Under the pieces are notes generated by a model, which had not been told where the DNA came from, did not search any database, and was given only the letters and a program-made list of their open reading frames with translations. The translations under genes and the position numbers were made by a program. Below, one piece after another: positions 11,786 to 25,340 of a stretch of DNA of 64,000 nt. The stretch lies in the NCBI GenBank assembly GCA_951406725.2, contig OX597815.1:22568001-22632000 (forward strand), read 5' to 3'. How positions within the stretch are numbered: position 1 is the stretch's first letter; each line of letters starts with the position of its first letter. This DNA comes from Octopus vulgaris (Eukaryota).

Positions 11786-13559
11786 TATATATATATTTGA
11801 AACTACAATGCTCAGTGTATCATTCTTTATTGAAGACAGTAGAGTGTGATTTAATGACGGTTTGGTTGCTGTTTCTTGTAGGGTGAGCGACAGCATAGAA
11901 ACACTCTTTTTAGCTTGTGCATTTTATCTATGTTTATTGGAGTTGTTGCCACGAGCCACAGAGGTGTATAATGTAAGTGTTCAACTCTTGATAAAAATTA
12001 CATAACTAGATAAGATGTAATGGCCTTTGCTGGTTTGAATGTCAGTTTTTCGAAACGTTGTCACACTCCTCGCCACAAATAAATCATCAAAGGAATGAAA
12101 AGTGTTACAAGACTATGGTTAGTAGGTGTAAAGTTGTGTGTGTTCGTATGTGTACACAGAGAGTGAAGGGGAGACATGAAGAGAAAGACAAAGATCCTCA
12201 AGCACAATATTGGAAGGGCAGGGTTTAGGAAAATAATTAAAATAGGGCTCCCCATACATGTATGTGATCGTGTATATATGTGTGTTGTAATTTATTTACA
12301 TGTTATTAAGTATATTACACTTTTCTATGTTTTTGCCAAATATTCTTTAATATGAACTGCCCGAATTAACGTCTCTGTGTCTATCTACATGTAGTCAATC
12401 TGCATTGCTCAGGATTCCCAATCAGCCCATCATTTGCTGGAAACAAAGTGGCGATAGTTACAGAGAGTATATGACCAACGTCCATTAACTTCTCATCAAC
12501 AGCAATAGCTCGGATTGCATCTCTCTCGCTCTTTCCCTACCGCCCCCTCTTTTTCATTTTCTCTAACCTCTCACACACTCACTTTCTAGTTCTTTGTCTT
12601 TATCTCTCGCTTCTTATTTTCTTTCCTTCTCAACTTCTCTACTATCACGCAGAAATATATTCAACGAATTTTATCTCATTACATCTCCAGCGCAAAGCTA
12701 CGTAAATCGCTTCGCTATATTGGTAATTTCTTTTCTAACCATTATATTTACTTCGCTTTGTAATACATCTGATTAATTCAAATGAAAATTAGAAGTCTTA
12801 CACTTCATGTAACAATAACCCATGACAGCATGTTATTGCATATATCATTGACATACACAAAGACAAACATATATACACACACACGCATACACGCACGTGT
12901 GTGCATGTATGTATCTAGAAAAAGAGGCAGCAACATATATATATGTAAGTGCATATGTGTGTATGCGTATTCACATATACATATAGATTGTATTTATATA
13001 TATGCACATAAACGCACAAACATACCCAGCATTACGCATAAGCCTAAGTATACAAATATTCCCCGATATCTACGATAGGCAAATAAAGCATATGTGTTTC
13101 AAATCAGTCACATTTTCCATAATACAGACCAAACATGAGAATAATATTGTCACATTTAGGCATGTAGCTTTAGGTCTAACTGGGATCAGGAAGAAATATT
13201 TATTACTGTAATGATGTCCCCCAAATCATTAATGACGTAAGAGAACCCATTACAATTGATAATCATCGAGTTGCGAAGTCCTTAAATTGCGAATCTTCAG
13301 GTATTTTACAGTAGACTTAAACACATCTGAATATAAAATAAATCAATTACATTTGTATATATACTAACGTTTTTTATAAAGTGATAAGAAGAAAGGATTG
13401 AATATAAATAATTCTTTGAATTATTAATCGCCGTCCCGTCAATCACGCACTCTCCAAATTAATCTGGCTCACCACATATAAACACTAAAAGGCGTACACG
13501 TAAACAAACGAAGAAATTTAAACACGTAGTCTAAACGCTACAAAAATCAAACAACTGAA

Positions 13560-14580
13560 AGACACTAGAAAGCGATAAGATCCCAGATTTCTGGCTGCAG
13601 CATTTACCAAGAACATAAGGTACGAGTAGAGATATTTAGTTAGATACGGAAGTAACTACAGATAACACCTGACTTTATGAGAAGAGAGCCTTCTTAGTCT
13701 TCAAGACTAAAAAAAAATGGCAAACTCTAAATATTACTGGCTCGTAACCTGTCTTCCTACACCTTACAAAAGACGTAACTGCAATAATATAGAGACAAAA
13801 CAACTTAATTTCAGAATTGCATAAGGGATGCTCAAAGGCTCATATGGTGCAAAGATTAATTACTGCTCAGTAAAGTCATAATCAAAGAATGTAGATGGAG
13901 AAAGAATGATCTGAGCATGGTATAGACTGACTACTAGAAGGCTTTGACAGTGTTTCCCCACTTGTATATCCATACTACAAACTTAAGCCATGAATACCGC
14001 TCTATCAATAATAAGCATATATATAAAACACGTCTTGGATAAACGGTAAACAATTCCGAAAATACAGATAAAAGAGGGGATTGTTAAGATTGAACCTATT
14101 CTTTTCTTCCTGATGCTAAAACCTTTAACTAGTATGTTAAGCCGGACTAGAAAACAAACGCCATGAAAAGACAATTAGCGATCATTTTATATGCACAACT
14201 TCCAGTTGTGTGCTGCAGATAATAAACTACGAAAATCATTCCTCCAGATAGTCCCCAAATTTACTAGTAGCAGAGAGATTATAATTCAGATTAGAAAATC
14301 TAAGGGAACATTTAAAAGATTGAGACGTATCAAGAAAACTAGTATGTTAGATACAGAAACAGAAATAAGATAATAAATTCAAATACATACTTAAAAATAA
14401 TGAGAAATCAATGAACTAGATAGAGCACAATACAGACGAATGGAAGAAAAGTTTAGGAAGGAATATTTATAGATGTATTATTACTTGAAACAGAACTAAC
14501 AAGTATAAGGTTATAGTCATCATTACATCAACCGTTCCAGTAAAAAAATTGCAGCTATAATATTCGAAATTGTAGACTAA
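13560..14580 (+). mobile_element. Highly decayed Dong/R4-type RT fragment
   Basis: Frameshifted remnants read DKIPDFWL, VTCLPT.YK, KGC..GS..GCKD-like, LLSKVIIKEC and DLSMV.TDY.K(A)FDSV. Confidence 0.65.
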
Positions 14581-14759
14581 ATTATTTCAACAAGTCTGGC
14601 ATGTATACATAAAGTTTGAAAACTGAATTATCCAAATATAGTGACTTGCCCCTTGAATAACTACTCACTGCCGACTCAAACATTTTGTACTCATTTTCAT
14701 TATTTTGTAAAACCATTTTAACCAAAACTGTTCCGTCCAGCAACAGATGTTGACCAGTT

Positions 14760-15118
14760 TCGACTTGTCTCTCCAGTTGCTGCGTTGAGAGGAATTCTTT
14801 GGGGTTTAGATAATTCACCTTTGGAAACATGGGTGTTTTGTCCAACATCCTTAAACAGACCTTATTTAGGGACCATTTGAACGGGATGGGCTACTCGACC
14901 TGAAGAAAATTCTAACTGGGTCCCACCTGCAAGGTCATGCGCTGTTTATCTTGATATGAGATCACGATGTCGCGCACATATGATTATGATGCATGTGCTT
15001 GGTTTACCCTTATCAGACGGGTCGTCATGATGGGTAGACTGGGCTTCGTATATTTATACCCCAGTGTCACTTTGATGGCTTGCGCTGCTCTCACTCAATA
15101 ACAACGACAGCAACAACT
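14760..15118 (+). repeat. Unclassified interspersed repeat, probably a LINE 3' UTR with an AAT/AAC tail
   Basis: A GC-richer block ending ctcactcaataacaacgacagcaacaac. Recognised only loosely; single copy in this window. Confidence 0.35.
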
Positions 15119-16056
15119 CTATGAACCACAAGCGTCACATACATTTAAATACATAGCGAGATATAAGCCACTTCTTATGATGTTTATCTACATACTGGAA
15201 CCTACACGGTTCACTAACAGCTGTTATATTCTCTCTGATCATTCTTTCATGACCTGTTGGTATTTGTTTTGGTTGATTTTTTTCATTCTCGTTTTTTTAC
15301 TTTTTAATAATTCACAATTGTCATGTCTATTTTGATGAGATAAATTTCACCATCGTCACCGCCATTGATACCACGAACGCACGCATATAATAACAGACAC
15401 TCTTCACTCTTCGTCTTAGCTGTATATATATGTAACGTTAATAGTATTATGTATCTTCTAATGGGAAATGAATTTTTTTTATTTTTGCTGTTATTCTCTT
15501 TCTCTATTGCTCATTTCTCAGGTTGTTTGTGAATACCAGAATGTATAGTGATATAGCACACAAGTGACAATATCACTTGCAGTCTGGTGAAGGATAGTAT
15601 TTTATTTTTTGTTTTATCATATGTTTGTTTATTTTCTACTTTATTTTTGTATTTTATTTGTATATTTATAGTTCTATTTTTAGAAGTTGATGGAATGTCA
15701 TGGCTAAATCGATAAAGCGTTGAACAACAGAATTAAGATAAAGTCTAAGTCCTCTTTTAATTTAAGTTTGTAGCAGACATATACATTAAATTCGTCTTTT
15801 CCAAAAAAATTTTTTCGTTCATAAGGATGATCTGATATATTACAAATAAATGTTGTTTGTCACTGTAACGAGCGGTAAATTCTTGACATGCGCGTGGTAC
15901 ATTGAATAACTCCTAAAATTATATAGAGCTCCAAAGAATATTCTTTACTTTCTTTTTTTATGTAGAAGATGTATATACATATTTAGTCTGACAGATAAAG
16001 CGTACACTCAGTACGACAGTACTAATAAATAGGCATAAACAGACATTTAGTCTGCG

Positions 16057-16123
16057 AGACAGGCAGACAGACAGACAGACAGGTAGGTAGGTAGGTAGGT
16101 AGGTAGGTAGGTAGGTAGGTAGG

Positions 16124-16179
<56 letters not shown>

Positions 16180-16213
16180 CGGACGGACGGACGGACGGAC
16201 GGACGGACGGACG

Positions 16214-16267
<54 letters not shown>

Positions 16268-16278
16268 TAGATAGATAA
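16057..16278. repeat. Compound tetranucleotide microsatellite (GACA)(GGTA)(GATA)(GACG)(GACA)(GATA)
   Basis: Direct read. Confidence 0.95.
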
Positions 16279-16874
16279 AGGTATGGGCAACAAGATAATA
16301 AACAATTTGATGAAGCAAAATGAATCGTATACGGACAATATTAGAATAAGTTATAACATTTTCTATTTAAAAATGCAGAAAAGTGGATGGTAATCATTTA
16401 TTCATAACTGAATTAGTAATTAAGATTAATTATCATAATTTACTATAGTTACCTCAATTCACCCTCCTGTTGCATCTAACGCCGCATATGTTTCCCTACT
16501 CACTATATTTAAAACCTACTATGTCTATTTCTCAAGTCGAAACCGCTGAAAATAATGAAGCCCAGATTTATTACATAACTACGCTGGCAGCGTTCTTTCA
16601 TACTTGAATTATCAATTGATATCATTCTCCAGTGCCACTAAATGCATTTCATGATCATTTTTATTAAATAAGGCTCTTACTACAGAGCTTTCAACGAAAA
16701 TGAAGACTACACTTCCGCTAACAACGGCAAGAGACGAAATACATTCGAGGTGTCTCCCTTGCTTTCGCGACCAAAGAATGATGGCTATCAATTAATGTTT
16801 TCTTTTTCTCCTTCTTAATCACTACATATCGTCTTACTATGGAATCTATCACCGAATTCATTTGTATGTATGCT

Positions 16875-17000
<126 letters not shown>

Positions 17001-17606
17001 GTTTTGTCTATCACAAGAAATAATTTATTCTGAACATGTTCGATAAAAGATTCTGAGCAATTTTTGTTATGAAACCTTGTCGCAAGACATGCGATATGCT
17101 AAAACAGACCTAATTAATTTACTATTATTGTTGCTATTTTTCTGTAGTTATAGTTGTTGTTGTTGTTGTTGGTAGTGAAGGGTTTGACCTGGTTACCTTC
17201 CACTGTTGTAATATCTGTGCTTATGATTCAAAGGAATTCTACTGCTAAAATTCATAAACAATGATAAACAGTTGTGACTGCAATTAAGTTTAGTCTGTAG
17301 AGTGTCAGGAGTAAGACCATTTAAGGCAAAAGAAAATGAAATCACCATTCTCTGGACAACATTATCTCTGCGAAAACATCTTGATCATCAATTATGTACG
17401 TTTTCAAGAAGAATTAGTTAGTAAAATGCATTTTCTCCATTCAAAACGAGACAAGTGAATACTCATTCAAACACAAATAGCTCAAAGAATTACGTATGTG
17501 TGTGCCTATGTGTTCGTGAACCTGTGTGTGTGCCTATAAATGTTTGTGTCTATGTGCCAGTCCATATATATATATATATATATATAAAAGCAACAAGGAT
17601 ATCCAG

Positions 17607-17703
17607 AGGTAATGCAGTACGATCGTTTCATGCAACTCCATTTAACTGAACAATGCAATCATTACATCAATTTAAAATGCAGAGCAATCTTCAGCTGCAC
17701 CTA
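17607..17703 (-). ncRNA. Type I hammerhead ribozyme motif (Penelope/retrozyme type)
   Basis: Minus strand: AGGTGCAG CTGAAGA [long imperfect stem II TTGCTC..CATTTTAA / TTAAATGGAG..GCAT] GAAA C GATC G TA CTGCA(TT)ACCT. The CUGANGA, GAAA and UH core is complete, stem I pairs, and stem III is tiny with a palindromic loop. Confidence 0.68.
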
Positions 17704-19199
17704 GACATAGAATGTAATTAAATTAGAATAGATGGACACATTAGTATAATTATACCTAAAATCTCCAAGAAGTTAAGTAGATAGACAAAGAGCCTGCTGT
17801 TCTTACTCCAGCACAGAAGTTACTAATCTTTTCAAGAAGATATACATTGTTACAGACTCTGCCTGTCACTGATTTTTTTTGCTTTTATGGGGTCAGTTTT
17901 AATTTATAGACTAGTTTATCAAAACCCCTATATATCTAAGGCTGAGAGAACAGACAGATATCATAGTGGGTATAGTCATAAAAATCAAGATTTATTAGAA
18001 GCAATATCATGAGGTTTGGTAAAGGAAAACTTGAAACAAGATGTTAGTACACAATTAAAGGGGTCTTCCACTAGCAGACCATTCATAATATTTTACTATA
18101 TCATGTTATACAGTTAAATATTTTAAACAATGTTGCTATATTGTATACAGTTAAGGTTTAGAGTTATTCAGAGGATTATTAAGAAGAATATTATAATGAA
18201 AGGATAGAAATTTATGAATGCTTTTGAGCATATACCAAACTTTTACCACAATAGAAGGAAGAAAAGAAATTATCCAGAAATAGTTTAATATTTATACATA
18301 TTGTACACTTAAATACTAGCTCATCAGATGGTATCTGTGAATGTTGATTAATTGGTATATACTGGTATTAATAAAGAAGTGTTGTGGTAAAGGAACATGC
18401 TAATTATATATTAATAAAATTATAATCTAAGCAGTTTTTTTATAAGTAGTGAATATACCACTGTAATTTTATATAAGCTAAGTATGATTTTATAGAGATA
18501 CAAAAATTAGATTAATTTTATAAATAAATAGAGGCTAATTTTGAAATAATAAAGAAATAAAATTAAAATAATCAAGTAGGACAGAACAACATAGAAAATG
18601 AAGTAAATAGCTTAATTACTAATACCATGGTAAAGTATATGTAGCTTATTAGCACCAGTAGAGAAGATTTATAGAAAAAGTATAATAATTCAAAATATAT
18701 TAGACTAAAAATTATATATTTACTTATTTAGCTAATATCAATAAAAGACTGATGTCCAGTATCAACTAAAGGAATATTTAAGTTATGGAACAATCATATT
18801 TTACACTAATCTTTAAAAAAAAAAAACTAAGGGTTAGCTTATAGGTTTAAGAAGTTATTATTGTTACTCCCTACATGATATTTATAGTTTCTTAGTGGTA
18901 CTTGTTTAGAAGAGTTATCCCTTCTTACACGCATGTAATACAATTTTTCTGAATTTTTAGATTTTTCTATATGCTAGGCTACTGGTTTTAAATTGATGTT
19001 AATTAAATTAATATTCAATTTATCACCCTCATTATCTAAATTTTAAATAATTATGTTCTCTAACCGACAACAATAACTGCAGTGAATTATCTTCTGCAGA
19101 GCTATTTCCGGGATTTAGCGCGCCAGAGATGAGACATTTGAAAATAACCCCAATGTAATCGGTAGAACTGTACACACGTCTAATTTTATGAGGACAACT

Positions 19200-21196
19200 C
19201 GATTTTCTCAGATTATGGATGCAATGTTAGTGGACTGGGAATTCTCAATTCCATATCTCAATGATATACTCATTAAAAACGAATCTAGGGATCAACACAT
19301 CGAGCGCGTAAAATATGTATTTGAAAAAGTTAAGGATTAGAGCTTTACCTTCAGTGAAGAAAAGTGTGAGTTTTTCTTACTGGAAATAAGATATTTAGGG
19401 CAAATCATTAACAGAAATGGACGACAACGTGACCCGTCGAGGCAGACACAATTAAAAATATGCCTTCTCCGACTAATATAGCAACATTACAAGCATTTTT
19501 AAGACTGACAAATTATTAACAATATTATATCCCAAATATGCATATGGTTTGGCTCCACTGAATAATTTGTTGAAAAAAAATATGAAAGGTCAGAAAACTG
19601 CCAAAAGTCACTTGATGAAATTTTAAAAAATATTAATATCTGATTTGTTGTTAGCTCACTTCGATCCTGCAATGGAGATTGTTGTAGCTTCAGACGCTTC
19701 TGACTACGGTATAGGAGCAGTAAGGCTACATAGATATAAAGTTAGTAACATGAAGACAGTGGTTCATACATCACTTTCTCTGATATCAGCAGAGAAAAAT
19801 TTTGGTGAAATCGAAAAAGAAGCTCTAGCGATCATTTTTGCCGTGAAAAGAATTTAACGGATTTTTGCACGATATAAGTTTTCGGCCACAGACATATCGC
19901 CGACCGTTATTATCGATATTTGGGTCGAAAAGAGGAATTCCTACTTATAGTGCTGGGCTATGATATAACTAAACTACGATTTCCAGATGGAATATATAAC
20001 ATCCAAGAAATTAGACCATGCAGATTGTCTATCAAGACTGATTTCAAAAAAGATACTGTGGTTTCTGCTTTGCGAGCGGATAATTAAATTTGAAATGTTT
20101 CGTGTGACGTCATTCGTGAACTGCCAGTTACTTTACAAGACAGAATTAAAATCGGCAAACGATAAATTCATGATAAATATTTAAAAATACTGAAGGCTAA
20201 CGAAAATTAAAATATGTGCAACACAAATGCGAACCATTTCTCGTTGTGTGACAATATGTTGATGTATGCACAAAGATCGTAGTTCCAGCTGCACTACAAA
20301 AGTGTTTATTCAAGGAATTTCATATTGGTCACCTAGTGATTTCGAGAATGAAATCAGTAATGAGAAGGTATGTATATTGGCCTACAACGGACTGTGACAT
20401 TGAAGAGTCGGTGAAATCTTGCAGAGGTTGTGCCTGTAAAATTCCAACCGTGGCCTAAAACCGACAGTACATGACCAGTAAATGGCACGTATTACCTGAT
20501 TGTAGTAAATAGTTATTCTAAGTGGCCAGAAATATGTAGACGATCAATCTCTACTGTAACAATAGAATTTCTTCATGAACTCTTTGCAAGATATGCAGTT
20601 TATGGAGTATGAGTTTAAACTTTTTGCAAAATGTAAGCAATTAAATGCATCTCTACTCCACCATATCACCCTAGATCAAACGGGCGAACATGGAACAGTT
20701 CCTGGATACATTTAAAAGAGCATTAAAGAAATCAAGAAACTTGCTAGTCGATGACACAGTATTAACACAATTCTTGACGGTTTATAGGCTACCACCAAAC
20801 CCAAACACTTGTTCAGGTAAGTCGCTTGCGGAACTAATGTTTGCTCGAAAAATAAAAACAATTTTTGACAAAATATTACCAGTAAGAAAAATAAATAAGG
20901 AAGACACTAAAAATACAACAAAGTATTTTAATATCAGTCACAAGGTGTTTTTCAAAATATAGAAAATGGAAGAGTAACAAAATGACATATATGATAAGAG
21001 GCGAAAATTGGGAACACAAAAGACGTTTAAACCAGCTAAAAAATAAATATACTGAAAAAAGAAAAAAGATACCCATAGAAGTGTTCTACGATACCTTTGA
21101 TGTTCCAGCGCCACAAGAAGGTGAACCTAGGCGTAGTAGCACATGAGGAAACAAACAGAATGGTTAGAAGTATTGCCTAAACGGAAGAAATACTAA
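19200..21196 (+). mobile_element. Ty3/gypsy LTR retrotransposon pol remnant (RT, RNase H, integrase)
   Basis: RT: PYLNDILI and EEKCEFFLLEIRYLGQII. RNase H: LAHFDP..VASDASDYGIGAV..AEKNFGEIEKEALAIIFAVK. Integrase: H..H..RMKS.MRRYVYWP..C..C, PPYHPRSNG and LDTFKRALKK. The RT-RH-IN order is gypsy; the frame is disrupted. Confidence 0.92.
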
Positions 21197-21229
21197 ACTT
21201 CCCTAGGATGTAAATCTCAAAGGGGCATA

Positions 21230-21413
21230 CGTAGTGGCAAGAGTCATTGACACCCCTCTGGGATTGGAAGAATGGACCAGCCGAACTCTTGTAAAGAGTA
21301 ACGAATTGGTTAAGATGAGAGAGTCGTTGAGAATTCGTGGAAGTCATAGGAAGTTGTTGAGATCGTTGAGAGTTTGTATTTATTGAACCGGAAATAATAC
21401 TACCACTACCACA
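21230..21413 (+). mobile_element. Probable 3' LTR of the gypsy element
   Basis: Follows the pol stop and a purine tract AAAGGGG (21219-21225). It begins (c)GTAGTGG and ends CCACTACCACA, giving short inverted termini. No 5' LTR is available to compare. Confidence 0.5.
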
Positions 21414-22026
21414 AAAATAACAGCTTCCTCTTTAAGAGCACGTGTGTTTGAAAAGGTTTATTGAAAGCACTCACACACTGGAAAAAAAAATTCCTCTCAA
21501 AAATGGTTAGTAACATCCTGAAAAATTTCATAACATTTTTTTAAATATTTTTAAAGAGAAAAATCACCTTTAAAAAAATCAACTGCATTAAGTAATCCTC
21601 ATAGACTTTCAAATATATATACACACATGTATGTATGTATGTATGTATGTATGTATGTATGTATGTATGTATGTATGTATGTATGTGTATGTATACATGT
21701 ATGTGCATACATATGTATGCATATGTATGTGTGTGCATACATATGCACACACATCTTTGAATAGATAAATACTCCTTCAAATTTGCTACTAGCTTCCTAC
21801 CTACCTACCTACCTACCTACCAAAGGAATAGAGAGGGAGAGATTGACTCTCTGAAAACCATGGAAATATTTACCTATTCAAAGACTAGGAAAATATCTAC
21901 AAAACATTTCACTTAATTTTGGAAACAGGTACTAAAATATACTTTAATATAAAATTACTTTACCATTTTCTACCTTGTCTTATTTTCCTTATACATATCA
22001 ACTCATGTGCTACTTTTCTACCTTCT

Positions 22027-22060
<34 letters not shown>

Positions 22061-22959
22061 GTTTGTGTGTGTGTGTGTGTGTATATATATGGATTGTGGA
22101 CAACAGATAAGAGTCCCACAATTTCTTGGTCAACAACCTGCGCAGGTGATGTGTTTATAATAACCAAATGTTTGTGCTTTAAATTCTTTTATTCACTCCG
22201 TACATTGATATTACCTGTACAGGTGCACGGTGTGCCACAAGTCAGAGCACCGTGAAATGAAGATTTTTGCTCAAGAACACATCTGATCACTCGGACCCTG
22301 AATCGAAACTACGATATATAAATATGTGTGCGCGCGTGACTCTGTGTGTGTCTGCGTGTTTGTATGTATGTGTGTATGTATATATATATATATATATATG
22401 CACACACACACACGTGTATATATATGATAACATTCGCGCAACGCACACAGAGACAAATACGCAATAACATGTATATATGTATATATATATATATATATAA
22501 CCACATGCACACACACACACATATATATATGCATATATATTCTAATACACACGCACATACATATGTGTATGTATATATGTTGACGGTGATGGGTCTCCAT
22601 CAGTCGGTAGTGTGGATTCTGTTGATCGATCAACTGTATTTCCTGACCTAGAGTCAAGGAATAGCTGGCTGCTGAACATTACACGTGAGTCTCCCAAAGT
22701 ACGTGTACACACAAAACGCAATTCTCAGGCAGAATCTGTATAACAGTGTGTGACAAAGTTTTGAATTACATGTACAACCATCCCACAAGTTGTCTACTGT
22801 TTCACTCTCAAAGTTATACAAATGACATTTGCCCACAATACGACACAATGAGAAAGCTGGGCCTCGGACTTGTGAAGCAAACGTTTCAACTATTTAACCA
22901 CAGAGTACACACAAACTGACACATATATGTGTGAATATATACATAAGAGTTATCGTTTA

Positions 22960-23342
22960 TCTTTCCCTTCTTCAAGTCATTGTACTGCGGCTATGTTGAG
23001 ATACCATCTTTAAGCGTTTAGTCAAACAAATCAACCCCGGTACTTACTCTTTCAGTCTGTTACTTATTCTATCAGCCTTTTTGTCGAACCAGTAATTTAC
23101 GGGGATGCAAACTACCCAACACCGGATACAATGACAAACACAAACACACAGATACACTCACATATAAATATAGATAGATAGATATATTGACAATATTATA
23201 TATATATATATATATTCCAGTCTACCAGATTCGAAGGCATTGATTGCCCCAAGTAAAATACACCCAATATGCCGCACCCTAGAACTGAACCCGAAACCAT
23301 GCGATTTCGAAGCGAGCTTCTTAACCACGCCAAAATAACTGC

Positions 23343-23345
<3 letters not shown>
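22960..23345 (-). mobile_element. Old diverged copy of SINE family C
   Basis: Reverse-complement similarity to 39201-39597: the head, the internal (TA)n, and gatagaataagta..ccggggt. Confidence 0.6.
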
Positions 23346-23377
<32 letters not shown>

Positions 23378-23535
23378 ATATTATATTTGAAGAGGGTTTA
23401 AAGTAGCGCCTCTTGGATTTCGCTAAACTGGTTGGATAAGATTTCAGCTGATTTCATAATTTCGTAATAAACTTGACAATACTATTAATATTGCCTCCCC
23501 ATAAATGTATGTTGTATACACACGCCAAAACTCCA

Positions 23536-23566
<31 letters not shown>

Positions 23567-23676
23567 AATACATACACTTATATAAGCAAAAATGAACTGC
23601 GATAAATAACCCAAAGTGACTAGTGGCATGTATTTGAACAATACACACACACACATACATACACGCACGCACACAC

Positions 23677-23677
<1 letters not shown>

Positions 23678-23757
<80 letters not shown>
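23678..23757. repeat. (GATA)n microsatellite
   Basis: Direct read. Confidence 0.95.
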
Positions 23758-23758
<1 letters not shown>

Positions 23759-23878
23759 CAGGGGCGTATGTCCCGGGTGTGCTAGGTGTTCTCTGAACAC
23801 CCATCGAAATGGCAAATTCATCATAAATATTAACCTTACACGCTAATTTAGTCACAAATCTTAATGGAAAACTTTCGG

Positions 23879-23928
<50 letters not shown>

Positions 23929-24999
23929 ATATTTACATGCTTACATACGCATATATATTTTTTTTTTACATCCTTACATAAATATAAATGATCGTACTCA
24001 TACTTAAACAAATAAACTCACTAGTTTTTGCCGTTTTACTGATACCATAAGTTCTATTGGATTCGTGCATTTCTGTGATATCTCAGAAGCAGTGGAAGAA
24101 GATCAATGTGAAAAGTGTGTCAGTGATAAAAAGAGAATCGGGGGAAATAAGAATGATATGTTTTGTAAAATGCTTGTGGTTAGTCGCCTATCCCTGCCTA
24201 TCCTGAATTAATCAATACCACCCATGCTTAAATTTCGAGAATATAGATAAACATTTGTAATAAAACAGTTGCAGCGTAAAACATTTAAACAATAACAACT
24301 AACTAGTATATTCGTTCTTGTGCCCTCATCTTGATTATTGTACTCAATGTTTCAGCTGTGAGACATTTTGGTCTTCTTCCGGTGCCTGTCGAATTCGGTA
24401 ATGATATCAGAGTTGTATAATTCATTAAATACACGAGGGGAAATTGTTCTTATTCCGTTGTCCTTGGATAGTCTCCTTCCCAGTTAGTCAACAACTTGCA
24501 ATGCTGCTAGGTTGTTACTCGCTGGCCAGTGAGTACAACACAAGAATTGAACTCATGCCTTCTAGCTAGCTAAGCAGTGAAGCTTTCACATTTAACCGAC
24601 GTTTATATTTACTATGTGTATCGTCTTCTAATAAAATTAGGTAGTGGAAATTCGGAGTATTAAACCTAAATGTAGATGTAATGTTCTTTTTCTACCGGGC
24701 TCCTATGTGGAGTATATATGTATATATAAGAAACTGCATGGAATGGATTTATCTAGATATCTTACTTAATCTCTTCGAATATTCTTGATATTACTATTTG
24801 ATGATGATTAACTTAACTAAGAAATTTTCGTTGCCTTTTTGCCATTTTCTTGTGATATTCTAAACCGTTCACTTCTGGCTAAACGCCACCCAAGGATCAT
24901 GTTCTATTGTATCCTCCTTCTAAATAATCGTTTCTGTCGAAGCACAGCTTTAATGTTAGTTGAAAAGAAGAGCGAACCTAGTGTATTATTATTGGACTG

Positions 25000-25340
25000 T
25001 TTAGGAATTTGCTTCGCAAACATGAAGTTTCAGGTTCGATTCTACCTCGTAGCATTTTGGCCAGGTTTTTTTTTGTTTTTTTTTTCTTTACCATATCTCC
25101 GATTCGACCCATTCCTATGAGTGAAACTAAGGAAACGGAAACTGCATGGAAGCCCAATGGGTGGACAGCACCATATAATTGAAAACTCCAATTTTTCACA
25201 CTATACCACACCAATTCTAGTTGAAAATTACGTCAAGAGAGAACGTGTCAGTGGAACATTTAGCCACTTACACGCTAATTTAGTATATAATTCAGTTGAC
25301 CGAACAACTGGGCGCTCGTTCGTTGTTCTGGATGAGAAAG
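25000..25340 (+). mobile_element. Old SINE related to family A
   Basis: B-box-like ggttcgattct. The segment aattacgtcaagagagaacgtgtcagtggaacatttagccacttacacgctaattt parallels the family A 3' half. Confidence 0.5.

Noticed and set aside
15475-15600. Polypyrimidine tract plus CAG/G resembling a splice acceptor at 15521
   Set aside because: No convincing donor or coding frame. It cannot be supported without RNA-seq.
24335-24390. Minus-strand CCGGAAGAAG..GCTGAAACATTGAG hammerhead-like trace
   Set aside because: The core and stems are too degenerate to call.
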